Positions 9,321-18,356 of a DNA stretch of 64,000 nt are shown here, piece after piece. Origin of the DNA: a virus; the IMG/VR virus record IMGVR_UViG_3300037851_000500, positions 32,001 to 96,000 of that record; one strand, given 5' to 3'. The position numbers and the translations under genes were made by a program. Below the pieces are notes generated by a model. The model did not search any database. It was not told the origin of the DNA and was given only the letters and a program-made list of their open reading frames with translations. Numbering within the stretch: position 1 is the first letter of the stretch; every line of letters starts with the position of its first letter.

Positions 9321-10058
9321 CTACACATTTAAAAATTCAATAAAATAAGCTACTCCATTTGCACCAGCACCACCGGCTCTATCTGTTCCTTCAGAACAGG
9401 CCCCCCCGCCACCGCCACCGCCATATGGACCACCATCAGAACCAGCAGCATTTGGACCACCCCCGGCCCCGCCGCCCCCAAATACTGAGTTTCCACCATC
9501 GCCCCCAAGACTAGCAGAGGTTGAATAAATTATTCCGCGCCGTCCACCCTGACCAGGAACATTAATATCTCCACCTGAAGCAGCCCCGCCAGCCCCGCCA
9601 GCACCCAAAGTACCAAGAGTTGTGCTATCCGCGCTTGACGATCCACCAGAACCGGAGCCAGCAGACATTGAATTAACATTTAATGTCGTTGCATTCCCAG
9701 GAGTACCGACAACATAGGCTTTACTTGACCCAATTTCCGCTGCGGTACAAAGACGAATACAAGTTCCTCCACCACCACCTCCACCACCAGCGCAATCCAC
9801 ACCTGTTACCGATCCACCAGCACCGCCAGGACCAACTAAAATAACAAGTACTTTTTTCATCCCGGTTGTAGGTGTATAATTTCCAGATCCAGCCGTAAGT
9901 GTTTGGATGGTAACATTAGTAACAGCCATTGCCAAAAGAGATGAAATTTCCATTTTTTGTAAAACGGCTGTTCCCCCTGGATCATCTACAATAGGCAATA
10001 AATCTGTAGCCAATGGGGTAGTATTTGCATCAAGCCCAGTAATTTTTGAATCTGCCAT
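9321..10058 (-). CDS. Glycine-rich fibre-tip/adhesin protein, paralogue B
   Basis: Shares DLLPIVDDPGG, YTPTTGMKK, IGSSKA and a terminal IEFL with 8539-9312. Confidence 0.75.
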   Translation of the reverse strand: MADSKITGLDANTTPLATDLLPIVDDPGGTAVLQKMEISSLLAMAVTNVTIQTLTAGSGNYTPTTGMKKVLVILVGPGGAGGSVTGVDCAGGGGGGGGTCIRLCTAAEIGSSKAYVVGTPGNATTLNVNSMSAGSGSGGSSSADSTTLGTLGAGGAGGAASGGDINVPGQGGRRGIIYSTSASLGGDGGNSVFGGGGAGGGPNAAGSDGGPYGGGGGGGACSEGTDRAGGAGANGVAYFIEFLNV

Positions 10059-11357
10059 CTATGCCTCCACTCTTAATTGCACAACACCTAAAGCCTCAAA
10101 TGGTACTGTATAAGTTATAAAACTTGCAGCTTCACAAGCTGTTTGATTTGCGCCAGTACGGTATTTTAAAGTAGCAGGTTTTCCGCCGGATGCATAAACA
10201 TCTAAAGCGGATTCAACCATTCCTGATTTTGTAATAAATGGTGAATTCATATATTCACCCGATAACAATTCAAGTCTTTCTGAATCCCCACTTCCAACAA
10301 CGGTTCCGGTTCCGGTCCAGGTTGAAAATGGTTCCGCGTTTTCTTCTGTTACTCCTGTAACATGACCAAAGCAAACGGTGCCTGTGATCCCGCTAACTGC
10401 TACATATTCAAACGCACCAATATCCCAACTCGCGCCATCGCCGCCTCGGTCGGTGCCGATGATGTCATCTTGGAATGGGTAGGTAGCGTCATTGTAAAGG
10501 TTTAAGCCAGATCCAACACATACTGAATCAGAATTTAAATTAAGATTTCCATTTTCATAATCTACAAAACATGCATCCCAATCTGCTGATTCTGTTCCTC
10601 CTGGTGATAAATCAACAGCATTTGTTCCATCAACATCATCGGATGCACAGTAATCTATCGTTATTGTCCCATAAAAATCATCTGTGTTATTACCAGATAT
10701 ACAATTCTTACAAACAAATGTTCCAACAGTTTGTCTATACCCAAATCTGACACCAAAAACTGTGCAATTGTAGACATATAGATCTGGAGTAGAAATTGAT
10801 CCAGTTCTAATACCAGCACTGTATGCTTTAGTTCCATTAGAGAAAAAAATACAATTTGTTATATAAACAGGAGTTGTTCCATAATCAGGACAAATACCAA
10901 CTGAATCATTACCAAGTTTAAATAAACATTTATCAATATATAAATATGAACAACCAGTTGTTGTTCTCAAAAAATAAATGGTGTCACCATATACCGCTTC
11001 GTGTTTTAAAGCTAGTCCCTGAATATATACATATGATTCTCTAACATTAAAAGCATTTGCAACATTAGACTCAAATCTATAAACATTCCCTGATGGATAG
11101 ACTATTCCATTATGACGATATGATTCCGTGGGATCAGTCCAAATTTTAATATATTGTGTTGCTGATGTTGTCCAACCATCTATAGTAAAATATGTTGTAT
11201 CTGCCGTTCCGCCAGTACAACGACATTTAGCAACAGCAATTTCATTCCGCGCTCCAGTTAAATCTCCTTGTTCACCGGCTTCCCAATCGTAGAGCGAGTC
11301 GTAGTTGTAGCCTGAGCCACTATCAGGGTCGATAACTTTGACGACTTCTGTTGCCAT
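10059..11357 (-). CDS. Right-handed beta-helix (pectate-lyase-like) virion protein
   Basis: Parallel beta-helix repeats (ITNCIF, VYNCTV, CKNCIS) and a WDIGAFEY cap motif. Confidence 0.7.
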   Translation of the reverse strand: MATEVVKVIDPDSGSGYNYDSLYDWEAGEQGDLTGARNEIAVAKCRCTGGTADTTYFTIDGWTTSATQYIKIWTDPTESYRHNGIVYPSGNVYRFESNVANAFNVRESYVYIQGLALKHEAVYGDTIYFLRTTTGCSYLYIDKCLFKLGNDSVGICPDYGTTPVYITNCIFFSNGTKAYSAGIRTGSISTPDLYVYNCTVFGVRFGYRQTVGTFVCKNCISGNNTDDFYGTITIDYCASDDVDGTNAVDLSPGGTESADWDACFVDYENGNLNLNSDSVCVGSGLNLYNDATYPFQDDIIGTDRGGDGASWDIGAFEYVAVSGITGTVCFGHVTGVTEENAEPFSTWTGTGTVVGSGDSERLELLSGEYMNSPFITKSGMVESALDVYASGGKPATLKYRTGANQTACEAASFITYTVPFEALGVVQLRVEA

Positions 11358-11573
11358 TTAATTAATCCAATAGGTCCAAAATTGTTTTTCTTCTGGTCCA
11401 ACCCGTTCACCATTTGGTCCAAGCCAATCATGTTTTATTTGACCAATAACTTTATCAGATGTATTAGTAGTAAATGTTGTCAGTGGTGGTTCACAAATTC
11501 TATGTAAGATTTTTTTACAATTCGGAAACCTTTTAATAAAATTATCAAATTCTTCTTTTGAAACTTGTTTCAT
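11358..11573 (-). CDS. Hypothetical protein
   Basis: Abuts its neighbours on both sides in the late operon. Confidence 0.55.
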   Translation of the reverse strand: MKQVSKEEFDNFIKRFPNCKKILHRICEPPLTTFTTNTSDKVIGQIKHDWLGPNGERVGPEEKQFWTYWIN

Positions 11574-11574
11574 T

Positions 11575-12396
11575 TTAATTCTCCAAATGATTAATTAGTT
11601 TGCCAAGTAATTCAGTTTTGCTCATTGTGACAATCCCACCTTGAGATTCGATAACATCAACTTCAGTCGTGCTAATGCTATATTGATGACGCTTATAAAC
11701 GATTTGCATTTTATTTTTAACATCTTGCTTAAAACGTCTCAAAATATCAGGGCGTTCAATTTGAAAAGTAATTACATTTTCATTTTCATTTGTAATCGTT
11801 CCGCCGTTTGAAGTGATTTTGTTTTTTGCTTCTCTAATAAGACTTTCAGGCACAGTTATTCTAACCGTCCCTATCTCGGTCGCGCCTGAATAAGATACAA
11901 GTTCGAATGAAATTTGCGCCAACATTTCAGGTCCAACGTCCCAAAGGTTTGCCGACCGAATAGCATTCCACAAACTAAATGTAAAAGTAGCGTCTGTCTC
12001 AGACATACTAAAATTAGAACATCCCCACGCCTGGAGATAATTTCTTATTTTCATTGCCTTGACGCCCGCTATGCTATTTTGGTTAATAGCTCCAATATTC
12101 TTTTCAAAGACTCGAACATCATATTCACCTTGCGCGGGCCGAGATGCTACAATTTCATAATCCAAATCATCTTGCCACGGCTTTCGGTAATCAAACGCTT
12201 TGGCTTCAGCAAAATCAATTTCAGGGCATTTTATAACAATAAATTTTTGAGGATAACTTGATTCCGCCCACCCTGGCTTAGATGACCAGCCATCAGGCTT
12301 ATAGTTTATACAGTCTCCCTTTTTATGAACTCCGCGTCGGTCTTTTTCAAGATCAGAATTTACATAGTCGGATTTTTTATAAATAAATTCAGTCAT
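11575..12396 (-). CDS. Hypothetical protein, probably virion-associated
   Basis: 273-aa ORF with AAGGA RBS; higher GC than the surroundings. Confidence 0.6.
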   Translation of the reverse strand: MTEFIYKKSDYVNSDLEKDRRGVHKKGDCINYKPDGWSSKPGWAESSYPQKFIVIKCPEIDFAEAKAFDYRKPWQDDLDYEIVASRPAQGEYDVRVFEKNIGAINQNSIAGVKAMKIRNYLQAWGCSNFSMSETDATFTFSLWNAIRSANLWDVGPEMLAQISFELVSYSGATEIGTVRITVPESLIREAKNKITSNGGTITNENENVITFQIERPDILRRFKQDVKNKMQIVYKRHQYSISTTEVDVIESQGGIVTMSKTELLGKLINHLEN

Positions 12397-12410
12397 TACA
12401 TTGTCCTTTG

Positions 12411-12815
12411 TTAAAAATATAAATTTAAATCTTCAGAAAATGCATTCTTATATTCTGGATCACTCAACAAATTTTTAAGTGGAATAATTCTCCACAATTT
12501 AGGTTTTTTACCAGTAATTTGTAAATCAAATTCAATAGTATCAGCCCCACCCACATTATTAGTTGGTGTAATTTTTATTCTATATTTACCATTAGATAAT
12601 TTAAGAGGATATAAATTAAAATACAAATAACCATCATCTTCTGCCTGGGTTAAAACAGATTGATTATTAATATTAACAACAAAAATTTCACAGTATTTGG
12701 AATACCCCTTTATTACTGGGCCATTCTCCTGCAATAAAAGATATATACTTGAAGTAGCAAAACAAAAATTTACAGTGCTAAAAAATAAAAAAATTATAAA
12801 TATTATAATTTTCAT
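12411..12815 (-). CDS. Secreted Ig/FN3-like protein
   Basis: Sec-type signal peptide (MKIIIFIIFLFFSTVNFCFA) and a beta-rich LSNGKYRIKIT strand. Confidence 0.55.
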   Translation of the reverse strand: MKIIIFIIFLFFSTVNFCFATSSIYLLLQENGPVIKGYSKYCEIFVVNINNQSVLTQAEDDGYLYFNLYPLKLSNGKYRIKITPTNNVGGADTIEFDLQITGKKPKLWRIIPLKNLLSDPEYKNAFSEDLNLYF

Positions 12816-13219
12816 TCTGGATATATCCCTAACCCCGTCATTGATGCTGGTATTTCCCCAATATTACCATCGGCCCTTTTAATAAATATAACAACAGGTG
12901 TAGCCGGTGATAATTGTTCATTTCCATCAGATCCATAATTAATTGCATACCCAACAAAATAATAAGTTGTATTATCAATAAATATTCCAGTTAAAATCAA
13001 TTGACAATCATAAGTTACCCCCTCCACAACTACTAAAGTACAAGCAGATTTTAACATTTCCTGACTTTGGGGATATGTACCTTGTGTTGTTCCCCAAGAT
13101 ATTTTATATTTAAAAACAGAAGATGTTGCTGAATGATTCCAAATAGCCCTTACTGCGTGAGCAACACCAAATGAGTTTAAAAGTATTAAAAATAAAATAC
13201 TAAAAAATATTTTTTTCAT
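12812..13219 (-). CDS. Secreted fibronectin type III-like protein
   Basis: Signal peptide ending AHA; W..YKISWGT..GTY..TTYYFVGYAIN FN3 pattern. Confidence 0.7.
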   Translation of the reverse strand: MKKIFFSILFLILLNSFGVAHAVRAIWNHSATSSVFKYKISWGTTQGTYPQSQEMLKSACTLVVVEGVTYDCQLILTGIFIDNTTYYFVGYAINYGSDGNEQLSPATPVVIFIKRADGNIGEIPASMTGLGIYPE

Positions 13220-13249
13220 GTTTATAAATCCTTTAATTATTATAATAAA

Positions 13250-13278
13250 ATTATACTATAAACTAAGATACAAATCAA
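13250..13278 (-). promoter_or_regulatory. sigma70-type promoter for the two secreted proteins
   Basis: Minus strand TTGATT-17 nt-TATAAT upstream of 13219. Confidence 0.65.
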
Positions 13279-13286
13279 TAAACATT

Positions 13287-14147
13287 TTAATAAGATAAAA
13301 CAGAAGAAATCACATTCTTAGGAGGAATAAGGTTATAACAAAAAGGCCCAAATTCCGTTAAATTTTCACACTCATTTAATTGAGTTTTCCAACACCCAGA
13401 CCTATCACAACAAGGTAATTTTCCTATTGTATGCAAAAACGACTGATCTGGATATTTTTCCCATATATAATTTTCTCTGCCTCCACCTATAACTATACAT
13501 GGTTTATGAAAAGCAGCAGCTATATGCATTGGAAAAGATACATGACAAATTACACCAATAGAATGATAAATTAAAGAAAAATAATCTCTAATATTATCTG
13601 TTTTACCAATTAAATTTTTAACTGATTTTAAGGGAGGATGATTATGATGAGAATGACCAGTTTGAACTATATTAAAAGCATTAAAAATATTTAATTCATT
13701 TACTATTTGCTGCCAATAAATTGCAGGGTATTGCTTTAAAGGCATATCATTTTTAAATCCAGCATTTATTACACAATAAGGTTTATTAATACCGAGTCTA
13801 TTTAAAATTTCTAAACTTTTTTCTTTTTCAGTTAAAAATATTTCTGGGTATATTGATGTTCTTTCTATTTTTACATTTAAATATTTTTCCAATAAAATAT
13901 AATATGATTCAGAATAATGATAATTTTTATTATGATTCTCATATTTCCATTCAAAAGGATTTAATTCTATAATAAGATCACATTTATAATTACTAATATT
14001 TGGATTATTATAAAATATTTCAGGATAACAACTTTGAACAGATATTTGAAACTCAAAAGGATAACTTAAATGCAGATCTCTTAAAGCAGAGGTAAATACT
14101 AAACAATCTCCTGGGGCATAGAAGTTCTTAAATGTAATACATTTCAT
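13287..14147 (-). CDS. GT9 family heptosyltransferase-like glycosyltransferase
   Basis: PGDCL N-terminal motif, NLIGKT, SFPMHIAAAFHKPCIVIGG and a Cys cluster CCxxxGCW..C..C. Its ATG directly follows the fibre gene TAA. Confidence 0.85.
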   Translation of the reverse strand: MKCITFKNFYAPGDCLVFTSALRDLHLSYPFEFQISVQSCYPEIFYNNPNISNYKCDLIIELNPFEWKYENHNKNYHYSESYYILLEKYLNVKIERTSIYPEIFLTEKEKSLEILNRLGINKPYCVINAGFKNDMPLKQYPAIYWQQIVNELNIFNAFNIVQTGHSHHNHPPLKSVKNLIGKTDNIRDYFSLIYHSIGVICHVSFPMHIAAAFHKPCIVIGGGRENYIWEKYPDQSFLHTIGKLPCCDRSGCWKTQLNECENLTEFGPFCYNLIPPKNVISSVLSY

Positions 14148-15344
14148 TTATTTTACCTTTATATATTTTCCCATCCCAGACATATTTGAAAGTAACCTTG
14201 GAAGTTGAAAATGGGTTGTATAATCATAATGTGTATATTTTAATCTCCCCAATTTATTTCTAACATATGTTGTTTCTGTGGATAAACCACTATTATAAAT
14301 TGCAAATATCCCTTTTTCTTTACTTACAAAAACAGCATCATCAATTGAATAAGCATTAAATAAACTATTTCTTGCATAAAAATTAATACCATCTGGACTT
14401 AACCAATTAGAATACCCACTCCCATCAAAAAAGATAATTTCCTCACCCGTATATACATTCCCATACCACTGATAAAAATATTCTCCCTTTAGGGCCATAT
14501 TAATAACTGGAACCATTTCAACTGTATCAAAAGCATCAGAAGAAGTAATAAAAAACGGGAATGAGTTATTATCTCCGACCCACCATTTCCCATTTAAAAA
14601 TACAAAATAATTTAACCATTCCGGGGTATATTCACAAAAATAAAATGGATTTGAAGTAACACTAAAAGAAGTTCCATTATTAGTTTTTCTAAATTTATAA
14701 TCTGTACTATAAAAAACAAAGTATCCATTACTATCACAATTTGCACACCCCCCGCACATTACAGAAACATCAGATCCAAAAGTTGCTCCAGTATTCCAAT
14801 TATACCCATCAGATGAATAATAAAATTGACAATTAGCCCCACTCAATGATGATGCTATAAATACAGTTCCATTCCAACCTAAAAATTTCCAATTAACTGT
14901 TGCCGGTGCTGTAAATCCTGTCCATGATATACCATCAGAAGAATATGCCCCGGCATTTGAACCAGATCTAAGAGCAACAAAAATAGTTCCATTAGTTACT
15001 ACCGGACTCCAATATCCAGAGGAGGGTAGGACATCCCCGGTTAATTGCCATGTATCCCCACTGTCTGTAGAATAAAATACTTTTCTACTATTTAACGGAG
15101 TAGCTATAATTGTTGTTCCCTTTTTACATAATTTTACTAAATTAACAGTATTATTTTCAAATTCTACTTGTGACCATGATTGCGGATGTAATTCAAAGTT
15201 GGTAGACCCCGCAACATAGTTTGGATAGTCTGCCTGTAATAAAACAGAACCGTCACATTTTTTCCATTTAAAATCTGGGGCACAAAAGGAAGTTATAATA
15301 CTTCCAACCTTCATAGATGATGGTGAAACAGATAATAGTGTCAT
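14148..15344 (-). CDS. Tail-collar fibre protein with inserted BNR/beta-propeller, paralogue A
   Basis: VGSII..WKKCDGSVLLQADYP, SxDGxxW repeats, FQLP and terminal GKYIKVK. Confidence 0.75.
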   Translation of the reverse strand: MTLLSVSPSSMKVGSIITSFCAPDFKWKKCDGSVLLQADYPNYVAGSTNFELHPQSWSQVEFENNTVNLVKLCKKGTTIIATPLNSRKVFYSTDSGDTWQLTGDVLPSSGYWSPVVTNGTIFVALRSGSNAGAYSSDGISWTGFTAPATVNWKFLGWNGTVFIASSLSGANCQFYYSSDGYNWNTGATFGSDVSVMCGGCANCDSNGYFVFYSTDYKFRKTNNGTSFSVTSNPFYFCEYTPEWLNYFVFLNGKWWVGDNNSFPFFITSSDAFDTVEMVPVINMALKGEYFYQWYGNVYTGEEIIFFDGSGYSNWLSPDGINFYARNSLFNAYSIDDAVFVSKEKGIFAIYNSGLSTETTYVRNKLGRLKYTHYDYTTHFQLPRLLSNMSGMGKYIKVK

Positions 15345-16520
15345 TTATCTAACCCTTATATACCAGTGTCTTCCAGTTTCTTGTCTATGACCACCAGCAA
15401 CTATAGGAAATTGAAAATGGGTAGCACTATTATAATTAAATTCACTAATCCTAATAGTAGATCCTTCACCAGAAATAACAAACCATAAACTATTAGAAGA
15501 ATCCCATACCCCAGAAACCCAAGAATAATCAGATCCTAAAGGTTTAAATATTGGATAAAAATTAATTAAATCATAAGAGTACATTAAATAACCCATAGAA
15601 CTGGAAGGGTCAAAAAATAAATACATGCCATTATCATAAACAACATAGTGAAACCCACCTGAATAGGCAGAATAATAGTAAAACATATCATCATAATCAC
15701 CACTACAAAACATTTGAACCCAATCCCAATTAATACCATCTTCAGAAATTTTTAAAATTCCATTATCTAATAAAATAATAAATTTTCCGTTAACATAAAA
15801 AATACCACCATTATAATTATTTGATGTTTGTACCGTCCATGTAGCACCGGAATCACTACTTGTTCCTAACATACCTGAATTGTGAAGAACTACTATAGTT
15901 CCAGCACCATCTGAAGCTATTCCTTTGTACCCAACATAACCTGAAGTTGAAGGGGTAACTGTATCTATTTCAGACCAACTTGCACCATCTGTTGATCTTG
16001 TCAGTTTATTATAATTGGTAGCACCAACATAAAAATAAGTACCGTCCCAACAAGAATATTTCCAATATTTACTTGCAGATAATGTTCTTAATGTCCAATT
16101 AATTCCATCTGTAGAAGTTGCAGCAGCCGTTCCAGTATCCCCAACCAACAAGCATATAGTTCCATTAGAACAACCATTTAACCAATTTCCAGTAGGAGAA
16201 GTTGCTAATGCCCATTCAGTAGAAGGAAATAAATTAGTTGCATAATAAATTTTACTATTAGTCCCGGCAGCTATATAAGTAGAACCAAGTTTTAATAAAA
16301 TTGACAAACTTAAATAATTAAAATATTCATTATCAAATATTAAATTATTCCATCTATTAGGATGAGGATTATCCAATATACTGTATAATAAAGGATAATC
16401 CGCCTGCAAAACTATTTGACCATAACACTTCACCCACTTATTACTTGGTGGTTGAGTTGCTTCAATTACAGAACCAATCGGATATATTTCCTGTGTTTGT
16501 GGATACAGTAACATTAGCAA
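15345..16520 (-). CDS. Tail-collar fibre protein with inserted BNR/beta-propeller, paralogue B
   Basis: PIGSVI..WVKCYGQIVLQADYP, STDGxxW repeats, FQFP and terminal WYIRVR. Confidence 0.75.
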   Translation of the reverse strand: MLMLLYPQTQEIYPIGSVIEATQPPSNKWVKCYGQIVLQADYPLLYSILDNPHPNRWNNLIFDNEYFNYLSLSILLKLGSTYIAAGTNSKIYYATNLFPSTEWALATSPTGNWLNGCSNGTICLLVGDTGTAAATSTDGINWTLRTLSASKYWKYSCWDGTYFYVGATNYNKLTRSTDGASWSEIDTVTPSTSGYVGYKGIASDGAGTIVVLHNSGMLGTSSDSGATWTVQTSNNYNGGIFYVNGKFIILLDNGILKISEDGINWDWVQMFCSGDYDDMFYYYSAYSGGFHYVVYDNGMYLFFDPSSSMGYLMYSYDLINFYPIFKPLGSDYSWVSGVWDSSNSLWFVISGEGSTIRISEFNYNSATHFQFPIVAGGHRQETGRHWYIRVR

Positions 16521-16975
16521 ACTCCTGCATAAATTGTTACATCCCCAGTAAAATCTATTAATTTTATTTTAAAACTTTTAGCACAAAAAACATTAGCAAA
16601 GACTATTGGAATTCCATAATATCTAGCAGGACTTCCACCATCAGATTCACCAGTATTATCTATATTTAATTCTTCAGAATATCCAATTATAGCATCAGCA
16701 GAATCATAAAATAAAAATCTAAAAGAAGCTATAATACTATCACTTGCATCAAAAGTAGATTTTAAAATTATATAATATCTTCCCTGAACGTCTATCGCAG
16801 CCACAGGGTAAGTCCCAGGCGTATCCTCTGCACTAATTTGTGCGCTTGGCAAAGTAACTACCCCAACACCCATCATTGATCGTTCTGTATGAACAGTTTG
16901 AGAATCAATTGTCATTGATTGGGTAGAAACCTTCTTACCCGATCCTTCCGTTACATCTATGTAGGCTTCACTCAT
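16514..16975 (-). CDS. Putative virion structural protein
   Basis: Beta-rich ORF coupled to the fibre genes. Confidence 0.5.
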   Translation of the reverse strand: MSEAYIDVTEGSGKKVSTQSMTIDSQTVHTERSMMGVGVVTLPSAQISAEDTPGTYPVAAIDVQGRYYIILKSTFDASDSIIASFRFLFYDSADAIIGYSEELNIDNTGESDGGSPARYYGIPIVFANVFCAKSFKIKLIDFTGDVTIYAGVC

Positions 16976-17496
16976 AGCGTATCTCCAAAGTTTAAACGCG
17001 CAAATTCACCAAAGTATTTTTTAGCAGCAGAGTCATACGCTTTAGCCGCTGCAACCTCAGACTCAAAAACACCCAAATGCGTCTGACATTTATTAATACA
17101 TATATTAGATTGCCATTTATTTAAAACTTTATTAAAACATACACCTCTATACTTAGAACTTTTTTCCTTATTCTTATATTTTGTTTTAATAGAATTTATA
17201 TTATTTTGAGTAATACTACAAAATCTCAAATTTTCTTTTCTACAATCTAAACCATTACCATTAATATGATCCAAAATTTCTCCGCTTTTAGCACCCATAA
17301 TCACACGATGTAAATATTTTAATTTAGATATTTTAGTATTTTTATCCCAAAACTGCCCCATAGCATAATGTGTTTTAGATCTATTATTTGTTTTCCTTTT
17401 AAACCAGCATCTACCCTCTACTTTATAAAAATCCTCACAATCAATGATTGCAAATCCTCCGGTGCTCAACGATAAATAATATTTTGACAGATTCAT
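16972..17496 (-). CDS. HNH-AP2 homing endonuclease
   Basis: YLHRVIM..DHINGNGLDCRKENLR plus AP2 domain (SSKYRGV..HLGVFESEVAAAKAYD..FGEFARLNF). Confidence 0.92.
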   Translation of the reverse strand: MNLSKYYLSLSTGGFAIIDCEDFYKVEGRCWFKRKTNNRSKTHYAMGQFWDKNTKISKLKYLHRVIMGAKSGEILDHINGNGLDCRKENLRFCSITQNNINSIKTKYKNKEKSSKYRGVCFNKVLNKWQSNICINKCQTHLGVFESEVAAAKAYDSAAKKYFGEFARLNFGDTL

Positions 17497-17506
17497 AAAA
17501 CACCAA

Positions 17507-18076
17507 TTATACAGACTGTGCTGTAATTGAATAGACTATATTTATTTCCTCTGTTTCCTGAAATGGTCTTGCAGTTCCAAATCGTGTAGCACAAAATAAT
17601 TTACCAGATCCACTTGCACCATCTCCTTTAGTACTGATATTTACCATTCCAGACCCATAAATCGTTGTATTTACTCCTGTAGAAGCTGTAAATGATGCCG
17701 GATTAGCAGAATTTGTAATTTGTCTAGAAGAAACTCCAGCTTCCTGCCAAGTTGGTCTTGCAGCTTCATCATAATCAGTAAATTCATCCCATGAAGTTCC
17801 ACCTGTACCACCCTCCGTATATATCCATGAACTTGCAGGAGTAGAATTACTTTCATATAAAAAAATATAATGATTAGCAAAAGCAGTACCACCAGAAAAA
17901 TATACATCTAAAACATCATCAAGCCCCTCATAGGTGATTAAATTAAAAATATACTCTTTCCATTTTATTTCTTTAGTTATTTTATCTCTACAAACAATCC
18001 CCCAATACCCTTTCAAACCAAACTTGTTTTTAATTCCAAATTGCTTTTCAATAAATTTTTTAATAATACGATTCAT
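17507..18076 (-). CDS. Beta-rich virion protein, candidate bead subunit of a short fibre
   Basis: Start moved to MNRIIKK (AGGAGG RBS). NLITYEGLD..LF..RF...INIVYSIT pattern of phage fibre-associated proteins. Confidence 0.6.
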   Translation of the reverse strand: MNRIIKKFIEKQFGIKNKFGLKGYWGIVCRDKITKEIKWKEYIFNLITYEGLDDVLDVYFSGGTAFANHYIFLYESNSTPASSWIYTEGGTGGTSWDEFTDYDEAARPTWQEAGVSSRQITNSANPASFTASTGVNTTIYGSGMVNISTKGDGASGSGKLFCATRFGTARPFQETEEINIVYSITAQSV

Positions 18077-18093
18077 TTTAAGAGTTCCTCCTT

Positions 18094-18345
18094 TTAAGTA
18101 AATGTGTGTACAACTTGCCAAGATCCATTATAATAAACTTTTTCCTGATCATTTCCAGTATCTATCCATCTCATTCCGGTTACTGGAGTAACATTTGGGT
18201 AATTTTCTGGATCTCCTGGGGGGTATTCACTTGGAAACCCCAATAAGGCAGCTTCAATCAAATCCATATTATCATTTAATTCCAAATCATATCTTTGAGT
18301 AGCTTGTGCTGGTTTAGATAAATAAAAATATGTTGTGAATGCCAT
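18094..18345 (-). CDS. Short fibre-anchor-like virion protein
   Basis: TTYFYLSKP..LNDNMDLIEAAL and GMRWIDT..YYNGSW, typical of fibre N-termini. Confidence 0.6.
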   Translation of the reverse strand: MAFTTYFYLSKPAQATQRYDLELNDNMDLIEAALLGFPSEYPPGDPENYPNVTPVTGMRWIDTGNDQEKVYYNGSWQVVHTFT

Positions 18346-18356
18346 ATTAGCCTCTC

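Noticed and set aside
13287-13500. Cys cluster as proof of a TibC/Aah-type protein heptosyltransferase
   Set aside because: Similar Cys clusters occur in many LPS GT9 enzymes, so it is not diagnostic.
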